NCBI RefSeq assembly: GCF_009834535.1
Contig: NC_045696.1
Coordinates: 95,420,001-95,484,000, forward strand
Direction: 5' to 3'
Length of the DNA: 64,000 bases
DNA from: Camelus ferus
Taxonomy: Eukaryota
The position numbers were made by a program, and so were the translations under genes. The notes under the pieces were generated by a model. That model worked only from the letters and a program-made list of their open reading frames with translations. It was not told the DNA's origin and made no database searches. This document shows positions 1 to 13,600 of the stretch, piece by piece; the first letter of the stretch is position 1; each line of letters starts with the position of its first letter.

Positions 1-399
1 TTCAGACAGCATCTTGTCTCCAGAGAGTGTTAGGGTCTTGGGGAGTATGCATTTTCTAAGGAGGTAATGAGACAAAAGACATTTTTGCTCAGTGAAAGAT
101 TAGAAGCATTGCAAAGCGGAAGAGACTAGTGGCAGAGGAAACAAAAGTAAAAGAGTTAAGATAAGAGACTGCTGAGAAAAACAAGAGAGCCCTTAACAAG
201 TAGTAAAAACATTTTCTGAGTGTTCTGGCTTATAACACGGCACAGAGAAAAGTAGAAGAAGGTAATATTTCTGTAACTGTTGCAGTATGACAGGAAGTAT
301 GCTCGGTCATTTAATTCTCAGGTGTGCCACCTTGGTCTGATTATTCTCCTATAAATTGGATATAATACATAATTTATATATTTACCTCACCCTGGTGTG

Positions 400-492
400 T
401 CACCCAGAAAAGCAGAGTGACAAGTGATGGAATCAGGATTTAAATCTAGGTCAGTCGGCCCCTAAAACTTCTGCTCTTTTCATGTTACCTCA
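400..492 (-). mobile_element. MIR SINE fragment
   Basis: 'ggaatcaggatttaaatctaggtcagtc...aaaacttctgctctttt' resembles the reverse complement of the MIR 5' region. Confidence 0.5.
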
Positions 493-734
493 CTTTCTTC
501 AAAGCACTTTGATGAACTAACTGATCGGATGGTCTGTTTTCTAGGATAGTAGTGGCTGTGGTATTTGACTGTAAAAAAAAAGGGCGGGGGAGGAATTTGG
601 TCATTTTACTTATAGATAGGAAAGCAGAACAAGGGAAGGGTTTAATGTAGAGACAGAATTCTCAATATTCTCAGTTCTCCAGCCGAGGGAAAGCCAGTGA
701 TACAATAAAAACCAAAATGGCTATCGGAGTAAGA

Positions 735-930
735 CAGGTCTTAGCACTCAGATCTCACACTTGCTAAATATGTGACACTGGGCAAGTTTCCTGATTTTTC
801 TGAGTCTTTCAGGTTTCTCATCTGTAAAATGTTTTAGTGATACCATCTCATACAGTGGTTGTAAGGATAAATGAGAAGAACATTCGAGTGTTCCTAGGAG
901 AGATCATGGCACACAGTAGGCACCCAGTAA
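735..930 (+). mobile_element. MIR SINE
   Basis: MIR core: 'tgtgacactgggcaagtt...gtttctcatctgtaaaatg...gttgtaaggataaatgaga...tggcacacagtaggcac'. Confidence 0.85.
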
Positions 931-1322
931 CCTGGTTTCCTTCTCCTTGCATCTCAGCCACTGGATACATATTACAGCAAGTTACTCATTGCCCAAGACT
1001 TTTATTTGCTGCTCCTGAGCTTCCATTAGCAGGTGGCAGCCTACCCATAAGCTGCTAAGTGCATGGAATTATTTTTAAAAAGTCTGTTGTGTTGAGATGT
1101 TTTGCTGTGGTTTTTCCCATTACCACTTTCTAACTTTCTCCATGAGCTTAAGTTTTCTGCTATCAAAATACAGCGACTAAATTTATTCAAGTCATAATCA
1201 AGTTTATATTTGGAGTATTTAGGATCTCAATATTGTAAAGAAGGACTCTAAGAGATCTTTAAGTTCAGGAAGCAAACAGGATGAATCAGGCTCATATTCT
1301 TTTAGTTTAGCTAGGACAGCAT

Positions 1323-1328
1323 TTATTA

Positions 1329-1384
<56 letters not shown>
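1323..1384. repeat. (ATT)n microsatellite
   Basis: Directly visible, ~20 units with one interruption. Confidence 0.97.
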
Positions 1385-1385
<1 letters not shown>

Positions 1386-1509
1386 CTTCCAATTTGAATA
1401 CTTCAGACAGAGCACGTTACTGTCTCTCACGCAAGCTCTATCACTTTCTATTGTGGCAGCTTCTCACATTTACTTTCCTTACATGGCCCTGGATTTCATT
1501 CATACTCCT

Positions 1510-1672
1510 CTTTCAATAGTCTCATCAGAGACACTGGCATCACTTGAAGACCAGTTAAAAATTCTTGAGCCCCAACACAGACCTACTGAATCAGAAGCTC
1601 TGCAGATGGGGCCCAACAATCTATGTTTCAATGGCTCATCCAGGAAAATTTGCTCCACTTTGAGAATCTGTG
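1510..1672. mobile_element. MER5A-like hAT-Charlie MITE
   Basis: 'cagacctactgaatcagaagctctgcagatggggcccaacaatctatgtttcaa...actttgagaa' matches the recalled MER5A core. Confidence 0.8.
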
Positions 1673-3681
1673 TTATAAACGGTTGCAGTGGAATCAGTGC
1701 TGGCACTCAGGGCTCCCCCTCACCCAACAGCCCCAGCTCTGTGTACGGCATGTTTGAGGCCATTGCTTTCTTTGAGGCATTTTCAGTGCCCTTGCGATGT
1801 CTCAGGTTGGCCTCTGCAGGCAGGGTTCATTTTTGCAATAATCTCACAAAAGGACAACCAAAGCACGTCTGTGTGCTTTTATGACCTTCCCCGAATCCAT
1901 TCCCTGCTTACCACACCCTTACGACTTCCAGGGAGGTGAGCAGAGGGCTTAGCTTTAGGGTTCTTTTTAAACATTAACAATTTAATCTTCTCTTTTCTTA
2001 GGAAGCTGTGACTAACTCTACAGATTAAAAACTAAAAGCAAAACAAAAACAAAAGCGAAAATACAACCAAAACAATCAAAACAAATAGAAAACCCCACAA
2101 ACCAAGTCCTTAAAGTAACAGTGATTTAAGCAGTACGTAAATACTTAAGACCATTGAGAGGTATGCCTATATCACAGGGGCATGTATGATGTCAGCAACT
2201 TTTTTGGTTTCAAGAGCAGAGTTTTGTCTCCTCCACCTATTTATAACATCAACATAAAGACAAAGAGGGGCCTGAGCTTCTTCAACTTCTAAGAGAACTT
2301 GTCAATGCGAAATAAATATGAATATGTTCATAAAACAATAGAAAATGAAAATGGAGCTAAGTTTCATTTAGATTTATATTGATAAATATTGCAAACACTG
2401 ATTTGGTTTCTTTCCTACAAATTTTTCCCAAGTCAGGGAAGCTGTTAACACTACTGCTCTAAAATCTCGTTTGCTTCTTCAAGATGTGGGAAACAGTAGT
2501 CAAACCACAGACCAGGCAGTCAGAAACTAAATCACCTAGCCTTGTCTATGGCTTGACGGTGCCGTTGGCGGTGCTGGTGCTAGCTAACATCGGCGTGTGC
2601 TTACTTGCCCCACGCAATGAAATCTCTCTCAATGCACTTTTCTCCTTTATCTAACCATGAATATTTCTTCTAAAGTCAAACAGACCATACACCTTCTCCA
2701 CCTCAATGCTTTTATCAGAAAATGAGGGGGAATCTGAGAACATTTTGCAATGACTTTTTAAAACATCAGTAATAAAAATTAAATGCAAAAAAAGCAAATG
2801 CAATGCAACTACTATGGCAGAAACAGAGACTCTCTTTGCAAAAGGATGTTTGTTTATTCTTCATGTCTCTATTCACTGTCTTGCAGCAAAGCCAATCTTT
2901 TCCCTCCAGAGCTAGGAAAATAGATATCGAAATATTGTTTACATTATTTTTGATGCATATTGTGCTTTAGTCAAACCTCAGGAATACCATCTATGAACTT
3001 CTTGGTGTGAGAAACAAAATATTTTTGTATCACTATTACTTTACATAGTGGACCAACCATATGTATGTTCAATATTTTTCGGGACAATTAACAAAGTAGA
3101 AGATAGAGCACTGAAAATTATTATTCTGGGGGTATGTTATCTTATTATTCTCTGTATCATGAGCACTTGGCAAGGTTCTTATTATATCATAGACAATTAA
3201 TGCATGTTGAAACCACGAGTGAATAATTACTAATATTCATTGGCTTGATTAACAATTTGGGCGTTTGAAAAAAAGTCTTAAAATGGATGAAGGAACTGAA
3301 GCAGGCGATGATTCATCTTCATAGATTAACTAGTAGGAGTTTAAAAACTGAACAGCAACAAAAAAAAATAACCCTATTAGGAATGACATCTGAGTCATAA
3401 ACCCAGTCATAGAAGCCTTGAGTTTTAAAGCATGTGTTGCAATCATTAAATTTCAACAATTCTTTCACTATCATCCAACTTCACATGCCATGTTCGGTAG
3501 CAATATATCAAGATGTGAAATGACGCGCCTATCGTGGAGAGTGCAGAGATCATTTCTCTCCTACTTTAATCCAGCATTTTGTTTTCTTTTAGTAGAGGCA
3601 GTGGTTGTATTGTCGCCTTACATCCACACTTGAAAGCACTTTAATAAACAAGCTTGACAAGTGCTTATTGAATAGGCAGCG

Positions 3682-3684
<3 letters not shown>

Positions 3685-3717
<33 letters not shown>
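3685..3717. repeat. (TG)n microsatellite
   Basis: ~16 TG units visible. Confidence 0.97.
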
Positions 3718-3719
<2 letters not shown>

Positions 3720-4679
3720 TTTACAAATGGGTTTATTTGGTTTCTCTTTCATAATCTAATTTACATAAAAAGTTTTTTCCAAGGATGGACATATTTTTGT
3801 ATTTTTTTTGTTAGCTCCTGAATTTTGAGGGGGAGGTGGGATTTTATTTCTTTCACTTAAATACTTAAATTTCAGAACATCTTGAGATGCTTCTGAGCAA
3901 CATGAATTCTAGTGAATGGTAATTTTTTTCACAGACATTTAAGACTCACTGAAAAAGCAACAGTATTGAAGAGTCAGTCTCTCTTTGCAGTTCTTTAAGT
4001 TAAAATGACTGAAAATGAAACTTTGTATGTGGTTAGTGTAGACTGAACTTACCCGTGTTTCTCAACTTAAGTTCCTTATTTTAGGCAAATGTACTGTAGT
4101 TAATAGTTTCTCTATTAATTCAACAAGGGGTTAGAGGAAAGGAGAATGGTTGTTTTAAAAAGTGTTTCCCACGACTGATAAGTTAAATGACTAAATTCAA
4201 TCACTCTATGAACAAAATAATAAGTGTTTTTTTACCTTCATATTTGTTTCCATGTATCCTCCCCCAATCCTTTCCTTCTATTCAAATGCATATCTTAACT
4301 TTCTTTAAATCTGCTTTTTAGATGATCATCTGTTCCAAAAAACTCCTTAACTTGCTTAGGAGCACTTTTGTTTAAAATACTACTCTATTTTGTATTTTCT
4401 TATATTCTGCTTAAAAAAAGAGTTATTGGGTTAAAAAAAATCCAACAATAACCTTTAGCCATTCCCCCTTTTCTACTGTTATATACGAACTCCTGTTGGA
4501 GTCTCAAGCATTTCTACAGTGTGACCCATCCATCTTCTCAAGTACTTTGTTTCCATTTCCTATCATAAACCAAACCCTACTTTATATTTTCCAATTATAA
4601 CTTGTAGGTTTATTCAACTTTTTTATTTACATTATCTTTCTCTCAGCTTCTTATCCCTTACATCTACCTCAGTCAGGAT

Positions 4680-5090
4680 TTATATTTAATATATTTAATA
4701 AATATCTACAAGTGTCACCATGTCCTTGGCCCCAGTCTAAGAAGTGGAGAGATGGCAGTGAACAACTGACGAATAGTCCTTGCACTTATAGAACTTACAG
4801 TAAATGAAGCCAAAATCATTAAGTTAAATATAAAACTGAAAATATACAATAAACACTGGGAAGGAAAGGTTCAGAGAGCCATGACAGCAAAACAGGGTGA
4901 ACCAATTAAAATTTGGAGATTTGGGGGTCTCTCAGTTAGTAATGCTGTGAGATCCAAAGTACAGAGAGGGTTAGCTAAGAAAAGATTAGGTGGAAATCAG
5001 AAGGAATAGCATTTTCATATGCATTGAAAAACTTTCTGAAGAAGACAATTGTGACCATTGAATAGCATGAGAGAGGGAATTGCACCTACA
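4680..5090 (-). mobile_element. L2 LINE 3' fragment
   Basis: 'aataaatatctacaagtgtcaccatgt...gatggcagtgaacaa...ccttgcacttatagaacttacagt' is typical of an antisense L2 3' end. Confidence 0.65.
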
Positions 5091-5324
5091 TGGAACACCC
5101 TTCCTTGGCAGCAAAAGTTGTCCTCCTCCATTCCTTCTTTCAACCCAAGGACTGAACATTTTTTATGTAATTATCCATCCTTGACTTACAGATTTTGGAC
5201 ATGTCTTATCTCCCCTACTAGACGGTAAGCTCCTTGAAGGAGAGAATTATTTCTTATTCAAATTCCTATTTTTGTCCTCTGTGTTATGCATAATGTCCCG
5301 TGGGTAGTGACCTCCTGAGTATGA

Positions 5325-5454
5325 GACTGAGAAGAACCCACTGTTGCTTTAATTCTCTGCTATCCCCATCTTCAATTTCTCAATGCTTTTTGAAGAAAGG
5401 GCCCCACATTTTTATTTTTCACTGAACCCCCTCCAAAATTATTTAGCCAGTCTT
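5325..5454 (+). mobile_element. MER45A-like hAT-Tip100 MITE
   Basis: 'tttaattctctgct...aagggccccacatttttatttttcactgaaccc...aaattatttagccagtcttg' matches the recalled 3' half of MER45A. Confidence 0.7.
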
Positions 5455-6641
5455 GAACGAACACAAAGCTTCTGGGTGAATGCGTGGCTCAAGGGTTAAA
5501 GGGATCTAACTGGAGTAGTTCAGCAGGGTATTTTCACTTCTAGGGTCACCCTTATTCCAGGAACATCATGTGATTCTTGGTTACATGATAGATGGCTAAG
5601 AAATGGGCAACATCCTCCTTTAAGAGAAGACTTTAGTCCTCCAATGTGCTATCTCTTTCTTAAACACTAAGCTGAGCTCCACATTGACTTGGCCGCTATG
5701 ACTTACTTAGATCTTCCTAGAACACTCTCAGTTGAAGCGTACTCTTTCATGATTATCACTTTTAGAAGCTACGCTAGGAGATGGCAGTCAAGGTCCCAGG
5801 CATTGTTTTATGAGGTCTTTCATCTCTTTGCATTATGTGCGTTCTTTGCCCCCCTGCCTATCACAAGCACAAATGAGAGATACCAGTGTAGAAAAATGTA
5901 TGTCATTTAGGCCCCTGCTGATGGGTCTACAGAATTTTGCTGAAAAAAGCAGAAGCAGCAGAGACCTTCAGGCAGGAAGGCTTAATCACATTATTTGTGC
6001 ATGGCAGTAAATGAAACTGGACTTTCCTGAGCTGAAGCCTTGTGACTTTTTGGGCCTGAAAGAACTAGTGTAGTTCGTAGTCTAGACAAGAACAGAGCTG
6101 GGAAGTATTTGGGAGAACCTGGGATAAATACTGAGTTACTGACTGAACGGTTCTTTCCAGTTGAGAAGTCCCTTCAAGAATCAGAAGGATTTTTAGTTCA
6201 TCCTCCAGTTCAGCAGGCTACAATCAACACTATCACTAGGCTTCAATATGACAGCCTACCTCTCACTGTCTGTCTGGTCAATGATCCATGGATTATGGCC
6301 TCTTTCATGCAGTTGACAACTTAAACTATCTTAGCTCCTGAGGAGTTTTTACAGTTACTTGCAGCAGTGAGTCAAAAAAAGTGCCCACAGAGTAAACAGG
6401 ACTTAAACAACATACCTTTCAGTTCATTGCTTGTTGACATGGTTTGCAAACTCCAGGCTTATTTAATGTAAGCCTTCTAAGGACCCCACTGGGCAATCTC
6501 GCCCCTGTACTGAGCTTAAGCTTAGGTTGTTGTCTCTCTCTGCTAAACAAATAATGACAGTAAAATATTTTCATTAATAATAATGGCCATACTTTATCAT
6601 CTTTCAGAGGAGCTAAGGACAGATTGTAAAACTAGTGACTA

Positions 6642-6814
6642 TGAGGGGGAGGGTATGTCTCAGTGGTAGGTGCATGCTCAGCATGCATGAAGTCCTGGGT
6701 TCAATCCTCAGTACCGCCTCTAAAAACCAAGCAACCAACCAACCTAATTACCTCCCCCCCAAATCAATCAATCAATCAATAAAAATTGTACAAAAAATTA
6801 AAAAAAAACCCCAC
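6642..6814 (+). mobile_element. tRNA-derived SINE, camelid Vic-1-like, with A-rich tail
   Basis: GGGGGAGGGTAT start, A-box-like 'tctcagtggtagg', B-box 'gggttcaatcc', tail with (AATC)n and A runs; perfect 14-bp TSD aaaactagtgacta at 6628-6641 and 6815-6828. Confidence 0.9.
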
Positions 6815-7129
6815 AAAACTAGTGACTACAAAGATTGTTTTGAGAGAAGGTGAAATTTAAACCTGTGCAACCAAGCAGGACTGGGTAAACCCAGTAGTAA
6901 GTCTACTTGGTGATAATTTAGAGACATGGAGTTATCCACTTGCTGAGAGATTGCACTGATTTTATGAAATAGTGAATCTATATTATTTCTGAACAAAATA
7001 TCATCCCTTTGCACTTTTTTGCCTGAATCCCTCAGGGAGAGTTCCTCCTTGGTAGCCTACTCGTACCTGGGACACCTTTCTTGGCATTTTTTAAATCTCC
7101 CTGAACTTCTTAATTTTTACCGTTTTCTT

Positions 7130-7245
7130 TTTTTCTCACTAGCTGAAAGCTCCTTGAGTGCAGGGACCATTCTTTGAGTGCAGGGATAGTCTTGGTATCT
7201 TTATCCACAGTTCCTGGCAGGTAATAAATGCTTATTGAATGAATA
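7130..7245 (+). mobile_element. L2 LINE 3' end
   Basis: 'ctagctgaaagctccttgagtgcagggacc...gttcctggcaggtaataaatgcttattgaatgaat'. Confidence 0.75.
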
Positions 7246-8379
7246 ATGGAAGAATATGTGGAAAATCCTTCTTTTAAGTTATACCATGGGTATCTGTATC
7301 TCCTTAGTCCTGACACTTAGATAGCCATCAAGCCTATGAAAGACAGTCTGAAGTGACAGGAAATTTAGACCAGGCCCAGAAGTTGCAAGAACAGATGAGA
7401 GCGTGCCCATGTGTTATGGGAGAGGGAGCTCTGGAAAGCAGAGTGTTTTCTACCCTGGAGGCAAGACTGTCTAGCTCAAGTGGCAGAGGGAGGCAGCATT
7501 TCAGAAGAGAGCAAACAGCCTGCTTTGATGCCTCTGCTCACAGTAAACCACATCCTCACCCTTGGGGTGAGCTGCTCTCTGAAGTGCCTGGCCTGTGCTC
7601 TAACATCTGAGAGGAGGCGCTCATTTTTAACTCTGCCCCCAAAATGCAGGCTCCAGAGGGAGAATGGGAAAGCATAATCAGGGCCCCCATCAAACATTCC
7701 TTTGTCAGATGCTAGAAACATCTGATTTAACGAAAGGGATTAGAAAGGATTCACTTCTACATTTACACTTCAGATTTGTTAAAGTCTGTGGGGCAGAGTG
7801 CCAACACTTTCATTTACAGAGAGATAAATATTTCACAGGTGTGTATAAAAGACATCTTGTAAAGAATGTTTTTTATAAACAAGAGCAATCTAGGTTGGGC
7901 TCTGCTTCTCTCCTTCCACAGAACCAGTATCAGCTCTTTTAAAAAAGAGTAAATATACACATATATTTTAAAAATCTACCTATAAAGTGGTCAAACTAAC
8001 TGTTGTAGAAAAGTTTAACCTGTGGATCTAATTAAGTATATTATCCAGATGCCAATTGGAGACCCATCTCACAGGGCAGGATGAAAAAATGTCAACAAGG
8101 TTGCAATAATTTATATAGCTCTCTTTTCCCCTAATTTAGCTGTGGAAAGGTATTTTTTTACAAGTAAATTTTTCCTTTTCCTTTTTAGTTCCACCAATTT
8201 TCTCCCAACATAATTTCTGATAACAATGTAAAATACACTGTTATTTATTTATCGAGCATTTTAAAAAGTAATATCTATCTGATTTCAATTTTCTTCAGAT
8301 TATCTTAAATTTAATTTTTTCTTTTTAATTGTTTTTTTCTTTTTTTAATTGTCTACCAGAAAATTTTATTTCAAGGGAC

Positions 8380-8847
8380 TTGTGGCAAACACTGCTGTCT
8401 ATCACCTTGACCATTCCATGCTCACACAGAAGCATAATTTTTCTGAAATATCAGGAGACCATTCTCTTTACTATAGGAAAGTCAGCATTGGTTAGTTTAA
8501 GACAAACTATTCTTCTTTCCAGTAATAGAAATAGAAATGGTCACATGATGCAGCTCAAGCCAGGGGAAGGCCTGCTGGAAGCAACAGGGAAAATTGCTAT
8601 TTTCATTAATAAGAGGCACAAAGAAAACAGAGGGCCTTTTGTAGTCTTTTGTGCAGTGAGCTGCCGCAGCCAACCTGCAGTTACATGGAAGAGATAAGAC
8701 TGAGGGGAAAGCTAAGGAATTAGAAAGAGAAGATGGACAGATCCTGGGTCAGTGGTAACATCTTTGTGAGTTAATAAATTGTCTTATGTTTTAAACTACT
8801 TTCAGTAGCACCCTCTGTTACTCAGTGAAAGCATGCTAGTAGGTACA
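8380..8847 (+). mobile_element. MaLR solo LTR (old MLT1 subfamily)
   Basis: TG...CA ends ('tgtggcaaacactg'...'ggtaca'), 'ggtcacatga', 'gagttaataaattgtcttatgttttaaac...ctgttact' typical of MLT1 3' ends. Confidence 0.65.
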
Positions 8848-10419
8848 TCACTGCTTATGGAGACTCAAGGCTCCTACCGAGAGAGGGGCTATGATTTCAT
8901 ATCAGAAGACACCATTTAATTCAGTATTTTTTATGGAATGCGTGGACTCAACCAATTAAGCTCTGTAATATGATAGTTAGGATATTAGATGAAGACCAAG
9001 TTAGGCTTAGGCTAAAACTCCGTAATTCCAAATATCTATATTTTTGAAAATATTTTAATGTATCAGATTATATAGTCACAGGGTTAAAACTGCAATGGTG
9101 TTGTCTTTAGAACATCACTCACTTTATGAAAACTTCTCCCCTCTCTCTGTTTGTTTTTGCCCAATAGATTATTTATTATAAAGTGAATCTGAAACATTTT
9201 GATCCATTATCATATTGAAACAATAAAATCATCATGGTGTGATGCCTAAAAAATTAATCAATAGGACAAAGGCTTTTAGGGAACTTTACATAATCCTGAC
9301 CATTTTATTACAACCTAAATAGACAGAAAAATGCAGCTGATATTCACATATTGATGATATCCTGAGAATATTGCCATGAGAATCAACAAAATTACTCTTA
9401 GGGAGAATATTCTGAGGGTGAAATCCTCAGAATATCAAAATTAAAAGGGATATTCCAAAGTGCTTTGTTAATTTCTTTAATAATGCTTAATTTCTCTTCA
9501 ACATCACTGCAAGTAATTCCAGCCCAGTAATTCTCCTATTTAGTATCACAATTTATTAGTATGTAACTGGTATTTTTCAGTGGCTCCTTCATGACTATGA
9601 AATTAATAAAAATAGAAAAATTCATATGTTTGATTTTTCAAACCATGCTTCATTGAAATCTGCTAGTATTTTCTAGTATTTCTGACACTAGAAATACTTC
9701 ATAGTGAATCTCTATGAACAGTATATTAAATAGAACTCCAAGTCAAAGCAGCTTAAAAGGGGGTTAGATGGTATCTCTACTGCAGGTACATTTTACCACA
9801 AGGCAAGGCATGGTTGCCAGCAGCTCTGGGCTAAGATTCTTAGACGTTGCTATGCCACAATTCTTGTAAATGTTTCAAGAGCAGAAGGTCGTGTGCCCTG
9901 CTGTCATCCCTGGGTGAGTGGCAGCTTCACCAGCACCATGTGGAGTGGGAGAAGGGAGCAACACGCCAATAGCATAGGCCCCATTACCAGAAAAGAATGG
10001 CAGAGATTCTAAATAAGACAACACATGTCTTCTACACAGGGGATAGTTGTAGCCGTATGCAGTTTCCCCAAACTAATTTGCCAGGGAACTATTTCCACTC
10101 AGAACATCTGTAACCATTTCTGGAAAGCAAATTTTTGATTTAACACTTTGCAAAAGTAATCTTTAGAGTATGCAAAACATTTCAACACAGATTAACTCTC
10201 TGGACCTTTATAACAATCCTACTGGATAAGTGAGCTAGGTATAACCAACTTACCTTAGGACACCCAGGTTCAGACTACTGGAATAACAATTCAGTCCCAA
10301 TAAGTTGCCAAATTTTGGACTTTCGGCCTGTAAAGATCTAATCCTGAAAGCACACAGCGCTATCAATGCACATGATACCTTGTTCACTATGGCATTTTAT
10401 ACCCATTAGTGCAATTCTA

Positions 10420-10620
10420 CAAGGAAGGCTTTGGTATCAATCTCTTAAGTGAGAATCCTGGATTTTCTTTTTGCTAGAGTTGTGTCCTTAGGCAAGTCAT
10501 TTTCACATTAGAAAATCATGTCTATGGAAAGGTTGACCCAATAGGGTTGTTGTGATTAATAAAGATAATGAGTATAAATTACTTAACCCAGTGACCAGAA
10601 TATACTAATCATCCTGTAAG
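10420..10620 (+). mobile_element. MIR SINE
   Basis: 'tgtgtccttaggcaagtcatt...atagggttgttgtgattaataaagataatg...acttaacccagtgacc'. Confidence 0.7.
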
Positions 10621-13600
10621 TCTCAGTTATGGTTTCAGAGACAATTGAGCAATGGTATAGTGAAAAATTCCAAAAAGTTTTGCATTAATTATATGATTCT
10701 ATTTTAATATATGCTTAGAAATTAAAACTTGTCTTCAAATATACTTCCTTTTTCCCTGATCTGTATCTTCTAATATATTTTGAAAAAAAAAAAAAGAGAC
10801 ACACACACACAAATGGAAATGAATTAACCCTAACTTGAAACAGATGTCACTAAAATGTGCTGTGTGTACTTTCACCCAAGAACAGCTAACACATCAATTA
10901 TGGAAGGGAGACACATGCAAAGCCAGATGTTTTGAATGTCTTTGGAATTTATACACTTTCTTAACCATGGCCAGTTGAATTACTGTATGTTGATAACTGA
11001 AATAACTTCTCCTTAATTGCACATCATTGTAATTTCAAAGACAGCTCTTGGCCTTTTAATCGTCACAGAGGTGCTTCCCCTCAGTGTGAAGCAGATATGA
11101 AGACAGAACCAGATCAGATGCAGAGCATAGGATAACACTTTTTTTCCCCTAAATTATTCCTTCAGAGCAGGGATTCAACGATATTTCCGTTCGTCAGTCT
11201 TAACTTTATATCTTGGTGCAGTTGACAGATCTCAAAGGAGCTCACTACCATTCCACACAAAGACTTATTCCAAGTCAGAAAGAAGTGAATACAGTATATT
11301 ATGATTTAGAGCCTGTTGCTGAAAATAGGATATTGTGGCTTAAAGAAATATTTAGACATTACTTAAGCTAACTATTATGGGATTGAAATGAAGGTCTAAA
11401 TGTTATGACTGGAACTGCACTCATGTTTCCAAAGCTTTTTAACCAAACCGGTAGCTTGCAGAACAAACTTCACTGTGGAGAAGGAAATGAACACACACAC
11501 ACACCCATACAAACAATCAGGCCCAAATAATAACATAATTTATATGAGTACAATTTCTAATCTTCTTTCTAAACCTAATTGGTACCACTTAGCTCATTGA
11601 ATATGGGTAATTTATATCTAAATATTGAAGAACTCTGCCACTGAAAATTCATACCGTGAACCTGCATGTCAGATTGTCTTGGATGTATACTGCAATAATA
11701 TACTTTCCCAAATTCTGACTTACTTAACTGTTGGACTAAAGCAACTAAATTTCCCTAAAGCAACTCCACTCTTAAATATGATCACTCTTGAGTTTGGGCC
11801 TATTCAAAGAATCCAAAGCTTGTAATCTCTATGAAATGAGGAAGTTAGGCAGTAGATGGACACAGCATGTGTCTCTGAGGACTGGGGGGCTGTGGGAGGG
11901 AGTCGGGGAGAGAGTGTGGGGTGATTGAGACTACAGCTTGAAGTTGCCTGCTTCGAGTATGAAATTACTTTGAAGTCCTGCTTCAGCATAAATTCACATG
12001 AATTTAATAATGAGTTTTATTCAAGTCTTTAAGTAAAACTGATTCTTCGGGAAAATGTTGGTGATTTCTCATGCATGCTGGCCCACTCCCACATATGCAA
12101 AAACTCATATACCAGTTGAGAAGCATGGAAAAAAGTGGGCAGAAAGTTTGCTTCATGGAAAGTCTTTCAATACTTGGAAGGAAAATCACATGCAGGACTC
12201 AACTTTCATGCAATTTTCCTGCAAATATTCTTAGGAGGAGAGCAGAGGATCACGTCGCCACACTGCTCTAACAACCACAATCTCCTGAGAGGCTCCTAGG
12301 TTATGTCTCAAGGAAAAAGTGGAAGTAGGAGGAAGTGGAGACACTGCTACCGAGTGTACAGCATCATGTCCTTACTCCGTCATAAGGGCTTGGGGGCCAA
12401 AACTGATTGATTCTTTAACAGGAGGAATAAAGTGGATATCATTAGACCCACACGAGGACCTTTCTTGTCTTTCCTCTAACACAGAGATTGGATTGTTCTA
12501 TGTGTCTTATAAAGGCTTATACAGCCCACTATTTAAAGATATAAATAAAGTAAGGGAAGAGGAGGCTGGCAGGACAAAAAGAAGCAAGAAGGACTTGACC
12601 TAAAAATTTGGGCTTTGGGCTAAAAATTTAAGTATAGCTGTGAAGACTTTCTCAGTGTTTGGTTAGCTCATCAAGATAGCCAATGAGGATTTGGAGATAG
12701 ATCTGGTTATTCCTAAAAATCAGCCCAAACTAGAATATGCTCTGTTTTATTTCTTTTTCTAGGATGTTAAACTAGGGGAGCAAGTGACTAGAAGGGATTT
12801 TGAGTCTAACATACGAGAGAGCACCCTAAAATAATAGGAGTCAAAAACTTAATTCTTGCTGTGATTCAGATGGAGAAAGACAACTTTCATCCACCAGAGA
12901 CTGGAAAAAGAAATCACTAAATACCAAATCTACTTTAAAACTTAACCCAATTAGATAATGTATATCTTTAGGTAATTAATACTCAACTTTTCTGGATATA
13001 GGAAAGCTCAATCGGAGTCACTTCTTCTTCTTTGCTTTTATTCCTAAGTGATGACTAAGTACCTGGGGTGGAGAGTGAGACAGGGAAGCACTGCTCTCCT
13101 TGGGCACAGCTTCCACTGTTACCACCCTCCTCACCCCGTCTCTGGGCAATGTCTTCTTTCTATCTAGTTGCCGTCTATCCACTTAGCATTTTGTACCGAT
13201 TTGTGGCTGGAATGGGGTCGTGCACTCTGGTGCTTCTGAGAGTTTGGTGAAAGCCCACGGGGAGGGATGAAGAAGTGGAGGGCCCAGACCCACCTCGGTC
13301 CCTGACACTACTGCTGACCCCACTGCTGTCAACTTGCGATGCTCACTTGGGCTCCATCTGGTGGTCTGTTCTGTAGCTCTTTCTATAAAGCCATCTGTCT
13401 CTGTCCAAGCCACTCCAGCTGCCAGACTCCACACCAGATGCTCAGTCATGTCCAAGTCCTTTTTATGCCATGTCCCAGGTGATGAGAAAAGCTTCATCTC
13501 AGGGCCCCCCTCTGCCTGGCAAGGTCACCGGTTGGTATGGATGATCAAGGCTCAAGACTTGAAGAAGGTTTGGGAACATGTGTGATAGTCTTGCTCCCTA

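Noticed and set aside
6645..6720. tRNA-like sequence with A and B boxes
   Set aside because: It is the head of a SINE (tail and TSD present), not a tRNA gene.
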